Part shown: in pieces, positions 57,624 to 64,000 of the stretch
Layout of the letters: each line of letters opens with the position of its first letter
How positions within the stretch are numbered: position 1 is the stretch's first letter
Notes under the pieces: model-generated
Database searches by the model: none
What the model saw: the letters and a program-made list of their open reading frames with translations, nothing else
Told to the model about the DNA's origin: nothing
Program-made: the position numbers and the translations under genes
Assembly: GCA_016787065.1 (NCBI GenBank)
Contig: JAEUVD010000003.1
Location: forward strand, 34,582 to 98,581
Direction: 5' to 3'
From: Chitinophagaceae bacterium
Lineage (GTDB): Bacteria > Bacteroidota > Bacteroidia > Chitinophagales > Chitinophagaceae
DNA: 64,000 nucleotides

Positions 57624-57785
57624 CAGCTATAAATCGTTTTGCTAGGGCAAAATGTTACAGAAGCACTAAAAAAATTTTGAATTTGGGTTAAAAATAGGGG
57701 CAATTTTCTTCTAAACCCTTTGATATTGCTGGGTTTTTAACAATTGAACTCGTTAAAAAAAATTTTAGGAATCGTTTTTCGAAAC

Positions 57786-58337
57786 TTAATGGCTAGCATT
57801 CGTTTCAACCCGTTCAACCGCACGATCGAGGGTGCTGTTGATTTGCTCGAATAAATTTTTGCAGAGCGGAAGGTATTCCGAACTTAGTTCAATTACTTTA
57901 GGCGCGAGCGGCGAGAGCAACGCATAAGTTTTAGAACTTTGTTTTATCTCTTTATTCAGAATGGCTGTTTTTGTAAACAACCAAATGCCTAAACTAAACA
58001 CAAAGGCCACAAAAAAAACATACAACAAGCCTCCGCCTAAATGATTGGCCCATCCTAGAAAGAGTTTGTCTAAGGCCGATTCAACGAGTTTGGCAACCTG
58101 TCGGAAACAGAAGAGGGTTAAAATAAAAAGAAGTAAAAATGAAATTGGAAGGGTGTATTCATTTTTCAGGATATTATTTTCGAACAAAAAATCGGATACG
58201 TAATGACCTAACTTCAAGGCTACTAAAACGGCTATGAAAACCGCAACAAAGGAGCCTAAGCCCCAAAGCAATCCTTTTTTCCAACCTCGATAAAAGGCTA
58301 CTACGGACAGCAAAAGGAAAACAACATCCAATAGCAT
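57786..58337 (-). CDS. cvpA: CvpA family membrane protein
   Basis: MLLDVVFLLLSVVAFYRGWKKGLL... with four TM helices. Confidence 0.75.
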   Translation of the reverse strand: MLLDVVFLLLSVVAFYRGWKKGLLWGLGSFVAVFIAVLVALKLGHYVSDFLFENNILKNEYTLPISFLLLFILTLFCFRQVAKLVESALDKLFLGWANHLGGGLLYVFFVAFVFSLGIWLFTKTAILNKEIKQSSKTYALLSPLAPKVIELSSEYLPLCKNLFEQINSTLDRAVERVETNASH

Positions 58338-58786
58338 TATGCGAGCATTTCCTTCACCATGGCAGAAATCATTTTGCCTTCCGCTTTACCTGCAAGTTGT
58401 TTGGTTGCGGCGCCCATTACCTTACCCATATCGGCCGCGCTACTAGCTCCAGTTTCAGTAATGATTGCTTTTAATGCTTCCCGAAGTTCATCTTCACTCA
58501 TTTGCTGAGGCAAAAATTTCTCGATAATGGCTAATTCTTCACGTTCTTTTTGTGCTAGGTCTTCTCGGTTTTGCTGTACAAACACATCCAAACTATCCTT
58601 ACGTTGTTTCGCTAATTTCTGTAGGATTTTCATTTCCTCTTCTTCCGAAATTTCCGTGTTTTTACCTTCGGCCGTTTTAGCAAGAAGTATTGCCGCTTTA
58701 ATAGCACGTAAACCGCGTAAAGCAGCTTCGTTTTTTTCTATCATCGCAGCTTTGAGTTCGGTCATGATTTGTTGTTCGAGCGACAT
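58337..58786 (-). CDS. GatB/YqeY domain protein
   Basis: 149 aa. LKAAMIEKNEAALRGLRAIKAAI...GKVMGAATKQLAGKAEGKMISAMVKEML. Confidence 0.88.
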   Translation of the reverse strand: MSLEQQIMTELKAAMIEKNEAALRGLRAIKAAILLAKTAEGKNTEISEEEEMKILQKLAKQRKDSLDVFVQQNREDLAQKEREELAIIEKFLPQQMSEDELREALKAIITETGASSAADMGKVMGAATKQLAGKAEGKMISAMVKEMLA

Positions 58787-58923
58787 TGTTTCTTCATTTT
58801 TAGATCGACAAAGTAAAATAAGTTTTTTGGAATTCCGAACAGAAGATTTAGCCCTTCACGAATCAGTCAATACCACGATATGGTTAAGTTGTTTCCGTAA
58901 TAGCGATAAATTCGTATACGCTA

Positions 58924-60306
58924 TTAGTGATGATGGTGGTGGGCTGACGGAAGCTTCACGAATTCTTCTAAGGAAACATTTTTTTCTTCCAACTTTAATT
59001 CTTGTTCTAAAACATAGAACAACTTATCAGTCATGATTTTGTTATACAATTCATCGCGGAATTTTTCATCGGCCAATTGCTTCTTCACAAGTGGTTCCAT
59101 CCATTCGTCGTCGAAGCTAGGCATTTGTCCGTACGAACTAAAGTAACTCATAATCTGACGACGCGCAGCCACTTCCATTTCTTCTTGTTCAACCTCTAGA
59201 CTAAATTGTTTAACCAATTGCTCGGTTATTAACTGCCAACGCATTTGATGATCGAACGAACCGAAATTTTTCTCTACTTCTTCTGGGGCTACGTATTTTT
59301 CGCCACCAACGCTCATCCAACGTTTTAAAAAGTCAACTGGCATGTTGATAGGCGTTTCGTGTACTAGCGTTTCAAAGATTTCGTTATGTAACCGAATCTG
59401 AGCTTGTCCATCCCAATAGCGTTGTATTTCTTCCGTAAGCACATCTTTAAATTCTGTTTCTGTTTCTAGATTACGACCAGGGTAAATTTTATCAAATGTT
59501 TCTTTTGTGAGTGGCGCTGGGTCAACATGTTCTAATTTAGTGATCGTTATTTTGAACAACTTATGTTTTGAACCTTCGTCGTTGGGTAAGCCAAGATCCT
59601 GCAAAATAGCAGGTACTAATTTTTCTTCAAATGCTTCCCCTATTACAACATCCACAGAATCGTTTACTTTCTTACCAAAGAGTTTACTTTGAGTAGCTGG
59701 TGTGAAATATTTAAACAAAAATGAATTATCTTTCTTAACTCCACCTTCTAACACCGTACCATCATTTTGTAATTCTTCAAAGGTTACACCGAGAACATTA
59801 TTATCGTTTGTTATTTCCTCTACTTCTTTCATGTCGCCGGCTTTGTATTGAAGTTTTTCAATTTCTTCTTGAAGCATATCGTGCGATACAATTACCTTAT
59901 AATAAGGCATCGGTTGTTTCTTTTCTAAAACCGGGATCGAAAAATCAGGACGGGTTCCAATTTCAAATTCAAACACGTATTCCAAAGGCTCATTGATGTC
60001 GAAATTATGTGGAGCCTGATTAGCAGCCGGTAACGGACGTGCAAATATTTCAGCTTTATTATCAATTAAATGTTGTTCCAAAGCTCGTCCGGCAACACCT
60101 AAAACTTCATCTGCAAAAACGGATTGTCCGTACATTTTACGGATAATGCCTACCGGTACCATTCCTTTACGAAACCCGGGAATGTTAGCATCTTTACTGT
60201 ACTTCTTCAGGGCTTTATCTACCGATGGCATATAATCTTCCTTCGAAAGTTTTACTGTGATTTTTTCATGATGAATTCCGATATTCTCCTGACTTACTGA
60301 TGGCAT
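58924..60306 (-). CDS. tig: Trigger factor (ribosome-associated chaperone)
   Basis: IPGFRKGMVPVGIIRKMYG is the ribosome-binding N-domain signature. 460 aa. It ends in five native His codons. Confidence 0.9.
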   Translation of the reverse strand: MPSVSQENIGIHHEKITVKLSKEDYMPSVDKALKKYSKDANIPGFRKGMVPVGIIRKMYGQSVFADEVLGVAGRALEQHLIDNKAEIFARPLPAANQAPHNFDINEPLEYVFEFEIGTRPDFSIPVLEKKQPMPYYKVIVSHDMLQEEIEKLQYKAGDMKEVEEITNDNNVLGVTFEELQNDGTVLEGGVKKDNSFLFKYFTPATQSKLFGKKVNDSVDVVIGEAFEEKLVPAILQDLGLPNDEGSKHKLFKITITKLEHVDPAPLTKETFDKIYPGRNLETETEFKDVLTEEIQRYWDGQAQIRLHNEIFETLVHETPINMPVDFLKRWMSVGGEKYVAPEEVEKNFGSFDHQMRWQLITEQLVKQFSLEVEQEEMEVAARRQIMSYFSSYGQMPSFDDEWMEPLVKKQLADEKFRDELYNKIMTDKLFYVLEQELKLEEKNVSLEEFVKLPSAHHHHH

Positions 60307-60326
60307 AGCTTTTTTTTAAAGGGGGG

Positions 60327-60334
60327 CAAAGGTA
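60327..60334 (-). promoter_or_regulatory. TAnnTTTG box (TACCTTTG) upstream of tig
   Basis: Plus strand reads caaaggta, 21-28 nt upstream of the ATG at 60306. Confidence 0.4.
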
Positions 60335-60442
60335 AGGATTGCGATGGAAAAAATGTGAATGATTTCTAAAACAAGAGAAGGTGAGGATATAACCTAAATA
60401 CATCGGGCTGCAAAAGAAAGATAAGCATGACTGTTCGCTATT

Positions 60443-62242
60443 TTACGGATAACTACCCGTAACCCCGGCAACAATAAAATCTTGTACTACCAAGTAATCA
60501 AAAATATCTGCCGTTCCATCACCGTTAAGATCACTCAGAAGGTAACCTGTATTCCCGGCAATAACTTCAGGTTCTAACATAATATAATCGAATACATCAA
60601 TCGATTTGTCCTGATTTAAATCACCGGCATACATACCATATAAACCGGGTATTATTTCAACCTGATTGCTACTATAGGCTTGTGATGCCGCTGTGCTAAA
60701 ACTGTATGAAGTAGTAGTAGCCATCGTGATTGGGTTGGCCGACCATATCTCTAAATGATTACGTTGTTTTACTACCACATAGTAGGTGTTTCCTAAGGCT
60801 CCGGGTGGAAAGGTACAAGTCATTTGTCCATCTACCTTCAACGTGCCGGTATAGCTATAGGCTAAGGTATATGGGAAAACAGATTGATGTAATTCAACTG
60901 TAACGTCATCACAATCGGATAATGAATTGGATAAACCCTGATTGTAGAGTAGCGCTTGCATGAAACCAGCTCCCAAATAAAATCCTTGTAAATAAACGGA
61001 TAGGTTCAAATTCACGGTACACGGATTCACGGTTAGATTTTAAGTTTCGGTATGGTTACAACCCGCAGCATTGATAGTTGAACAAGTATAGGTGCCCGAT
61101 TGCGTTAGGGTGGTGTTTGTACAACTCCAAAAATAGGGTACGCAACTGGAAACAGTTGACGATGAATTGGTGCTTTGATTAACGGTAAGGTTAAGTTCGT
61201 TCAACATAGTACAGCCGGAACTGTTTGTGTATGTGTGATAGTATTGCCCGGATGAAGTATAGGTATTCATTGTCATGGGCCAATAGTAATTATCGCATGC
61301 GGTAATACTGTTGCTACTTCCTATTGCAGGAGGTAATTCAACTATTTCAGGATAACCAAACCCCGAAAGCCCAGCACCAATACCATAAGTAACAACTTCA
61401 AAAAAATGAATTCCCGGAGGAATATTAGAAACCGTAAAGCTACTTATTGGTTGTGTGAAATTTACCACGGGGTTTTGATCTAAATAATACATAACCGGAG
61501 TTGGATAGGCTAAATGTACAGTTATACTACCCAGGCCTCCATTACAAACAGTATCATTGATGGTTGTAGTCCAGTTTGCAGGTGGATAACCACTTGTTTC
61601 AATATAATGTTGTGGTCCTTGTTGAATAGCATAGTAACCCAAACAAGATGGTGGTGATGGTGGTGTATTTGTAGCACACCCTCCTGTTGTTTGTGAAGTA
61701 ATACCTGTAGCGGATGTGGCACCGTTAACCCAGCATGACAATTGCGTTTTTGTTTTATTACTTGCGGTTACAAATGACCACAGAAAAAAGGGTGGATATG
61801 ATGGCGTGAATGGAACCGTATTTGTTAATCGAAACGTACCAAATTTTAGAGGAACGGAGGTAATGGATGCGGCTATAGTTTGGGAAGGTACTAAAGCAGC
61901 TGTTATTCTAATTTGTTTTGAAACAGCATTTAATGAAACATTAGAGCTTAAATTATTTTGAGGAGCCGGTAAGGAATTTGAACCCGAAACAAAAGAAGCT
62001 GTAATAGTTCCTCCATTGGCTAAACCCACATAGTCAAAATCGATACCTGCCTGAAACCCCATCATTTTGTAAACATTGCTACCGGTATTTTGTAACCAAA
62101 TATCGAATTCAATAATGTTTGGAGCTATGTTGTAATTAATGTTCTTGATATCGCAACGATAGGTTTGTGCTGAAACAAGGTGTGTCATTAGTAAAAGTGA
62201 ACAGCATACCCAGCATACGAAATACGGAAATTTCATTTTCAT
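60443..62242 (-). pseudogene. Surface-protein gene interrupted by one in-frame TAA (N-terminal 400-aa part plus C-terminal dockerin-like module)
   Basis: ORFs 61040..62242 and 60443..61030 are in the same frame (61040-60443 = 597). They are separated only by TAA (61040-61042) and three sense codons (N-L-T). The downstream ORF is a paralogue of the 192-aa C-terminal module of the M4 protease and has no plausible independent signal peptide. Confidence 0.65.
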
Positions 62243-62347
62243 AAGTAAAAATTTATACCTAAAAATAACTAGTTTCTTAACAGGAAGGAAATTATGTTCA
62301 AAAAAATCGGTGCGCTAGGTTGGATGCAAATACAAGTAGATAATCAC

Positions 62348-62355
62348 TACATTTG
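62348..62355 (+). promoter_or_regulatory. TAnnTTTG box (TACATTTG) upstream of gcvT
   Basis: 24-31 nt upstream of the ATG at 62379. Confidence 0.4.
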
Positions 62356-62378
62356 CCACGCTCAAAAAAATAAATCCA

Positions 62379-63467
62379 ATGAAGAATACTCCGTTTACCC
62401 GTATCCATGAACAACTTGGCGCCAAGATGGCCGAATTTGCTGGTTATAATATGCCTATTTCCTATACCGGAATTAATGATGAACATGCTGCGGTTCGTAA
62501 TCATATTGGCGTTTTTGATGTGAGTCATATGGGGGAGTTCATTTTAAAAGGAGATGGCGCGCTCGATTTAATTCAACGAGTTACATCCAACGATGCGTCA
62601 AAACTAACTGATGGCAAAGCGCAGTATTCTTGTTTACCCAATGAAACCGGCGGTATTGTTGATGATTTATTAGTGTATTGTATTGAAGCAAATAAGGTGT
62701 ACATGTTAGTGGTGAATGCTTCGAATATGGAGAAAGATTGGAACTGGATTATGAAGCACAACACGGCCAATGTAGAGATGCATAATATTTCGGATAAAAC
62801 GGCCCTCCTTGCGGTTCAAGGACCGGAAGCGGTGAAGGCCATGCAGAAATTAACCGATATGGATTTAATCAATCTGGCCTATTACACCTTTGTAAAAGGA
62901 ACTTTTGCCGGTGTAGAGAATGTGGTAGTAAGCGCAACGGGATATACCGGTGCCGGCGGTGTTGAAATTTATTTTGAAGATCATGGACAAGCCGAAGAGG
63001 TTTGGCATAAGATAATGGAAGCAGGTGCCGAATATGGCATCAAACCTTGTGGTTTAGGTTGCAGAGATACGCTTCGTTTAGAAATGGGGTTCTGTTTATA
63101 TGGGAATGATATTGATGATACAACCAGTCCGATTGAAGCAGGTTTGGGTTGGATTACGAAATTCACCAAAGACTTTACTAATCGGGCAACCATAGAATCG
63201 CACAAAAAGGATGGAGTGAGTCGTAAACTCGTTGGTTTTGAAATGATCGACAAAGGAATTCCTCGTCATCATTATAAACTTAAAAATGAAGCCGGAGAGG
63301 AGTTAGGTTATGTAACCAGCGGAACTCAAAGTCCGAGTTTACAAAAAGCAATCGGTATGGGTTATGTAAAAACCGATCAGGCTGTAATTGGGAATGAAAT
63401 TTATGTTGAAGTACGCGACAAATTGTTGAAAGCTAAAGTTGTGAAGCTTCCATTTTATCAGGCTTAG
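62379..63467 (+). CDS. gcvT: Glycine cleavage system T protein (aminomethyltransferase)
   Basis: 362 aa. [26 protein letters not shown]...[10 protein letters not shown]...[11 protein letters not shown]. Confidence 0.93.
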   Translation: MKNTPFTRIHEQLGAKMAEFAGYNMPISYTGINDEHAAVRNHIGVFDVSHMGEFILKGDGALDLIQRVTSNDASKLTDGKAQYSCLPNETGGIVDDLLVYCIEANKVYMLVVNASNMEKDWNWIMKHNTANVEMHNISDKTALLAVQGPEAVKAMQKLTDMDLINLAYYTFVKGTFAGVENVVVSATGYTGAGGVEIYFEDHGQAEEVWHKIMEAGAEYGIKPCGLGCRDTLRLEMGFCLYGNDIDDTTSPIEAGLGWITKFTKDFTNRATIESHKKDGVSRKLVGFEMIDKGIPRHHYKLKNEAGEELGYVTSGTQSPSLQKAIGMGYVKTDQAVIGNEIYVEVRDKLLKAKVVKLPFYQA

Positions 63468-63513
63468 TGAAATTTATTTCTGTCGAAAAATTTCCGGTTG
63501 AAAACACGTTATT

Positions 63514-64000
63514 CTAATGTGCTTCCAACCAATTTTCACCCATTCCTACTTCTGCTACAACCGGCACATCATTCGGTAAAGGCATAGCGCTTTGCATACA
63601 ATCTAGAATTAAGGCCTTCATCCGATCTACTTCTTCTTTCACTACATCAAACACTAATTCATCATGCACTTGTAAAATCATTTTGGATTGCACACCTTCT
63701 TTCTTCATCGTTTCATGCACTTTTATCATGGCCAGCTTAATCATATCGGCGGCACTCCCCTGAATTGGAGAGTTAATAGCATTACGTTCAGCAAAACCAC
63801 GAACAGTAAAATTAGCGGAGGTAATATCACGTAACCAACGTTTTCGTCCGCGTAAAGTTTGAACGAAACCGTTTTCACGGGCAAAGTTGATGGTATCATC
63901 CATATAGCGTTGAATGCCTCCAAACTCCTTTTTATAATTATCAATAATTTCTTTTGCTTCTGTTCTGCTGATAGCCAGATTTTCTGCTAAGCCAAACGCG
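63514..64000 (-). CDS. polA: DNA polymerase I, C-terminal (polymerase domain) end; the 5' part lies outside the window
   Basis: ...AFGLAENLAISRTEAKEIIDNYKKEFGGIQRYMDD...SPIQGSAADMIK...QVHDELVFDV...GENWLEAH. The reading frame is open to the window edge. Confidence 0.92.
   Translation of the reverse strand, partial: AFGLAENLAISRTEAKEIIDNYKKEFGGIQRYMDDTINFARENGFVQTLRGRKRWLRDITSANFTVRGFAERNAINSPIQGSAADMIKLAMIKVHETMKKEGVQSKMILQVHDELVFDVVKEEVDRMKALILDCMQSAMPLPNDVPVVAEVGMGENWLEAH

Noticed and set aside
58924-58941. Trigger factor ends in HHHHH, which might be an engineered His-tag
   Set aside because: There are five, not six, His residues, encoded with mixed CAC/CAT codons directly before the native stop. 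No linker, vector sequence or cloning scars are present. The chromosomal context is continuous, so this is most likely a natural His-rich tail.
58527-59036. A 169-aa plus-strand ORF overlapping GatB/YqeY and the tig 3' end
   Set aside because: It is antisense to two well-supported genes and gives a Ser/Cys/Phe-rich low-complexity translation typical of a shadow ORF.
61522-61722. A minus-strand ORF containing HHHHHH within the split surface-protein gene
   Set aside because: It is an alternative frame of the same strand inside the much longer, better-supported 400-aa ORF. The His run is a frame artefact of a CCACCA-rich stretch.
62298-62528. A 76-aa minus-strand ORF overlapping the gcvT promoter and start
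   Set aside because: It overlaps a confidently identified gene and its -7 box and shows no recognisable features.

Overview
This 64-kb chromosomal window looks like a Bacteroidota genome. It is moderately AT-rich. Several proteins end in T9SS C-terminal sorting domains, and TAnnTTTG '-7' promoter boxes sit about 7-28 nt upstream of most start codons checked (about 120 nt for the giant adhesin). I saw no obvious Shine-Dalgarno sites.

Housekeeping genes present are dnaN, tig, gcvT, the 3' end of polA, a kpsF-like isomerase, an nnrD-like dehydratase, GatB/YqeY, CvpA, a MATE pump, a GNAT and a ferritin-like/VIT transporter. They are interspersed with very large secreted or surface proteins:
- a 2990-aa adhesin with ten near-identical 240-bp tandem repeats, nine or ten SdrD-B-like domains and a T9SS CTD
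- a 2320-aa M4 (thermolysin-like) protease with Ig-like arrays and a dockerin-like tail
- a 1528-aa fibre protein with a peptidase-S74 intramolecular-chaperone domain followed by a T9SS CTD
- an 865-aa collagen-like, tail-fibre-like protein

Regulators are a beta-propeller/Y_Y_Y histidine kinase with a NarL-type response regulator, and an ECF sigma / anti-sigma / OM beta-barrel / LytTR cluster.

The most interesting locus is a tight three-gene minus-strand operon at 29313-35578. It encodes a TIR + CHAT-like + double zinc-ribbon protein, a TPR protein whose C-terminal 325 aa read like the cytoplasmic domain of the type-III export-gate protein FlhA (FHIPEP), and a second stand-alone FlhA_C-like protein. 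The window contains no flagellar or injectisome genes. I know of no described system with this composition, and I propose it as a candidate novel conflict/defence or signalling system.

Other notable observations:
- a copper-amine-oxidase-like lipoprotein that lacks the expected Cu-binding HxH, in an operon with a MauG/CCP-type di-haem enzyme
- a DUF1800/DUF1501 pair in which the DUF1501 protein has both a twin-arginine signal and a T9SS CTD
- a surface-protein gene split by a single in-frame TAA exactly where an internal repeat predicts TTA (Leu)

All homology calls were made by eye from the translations. No searches were run.
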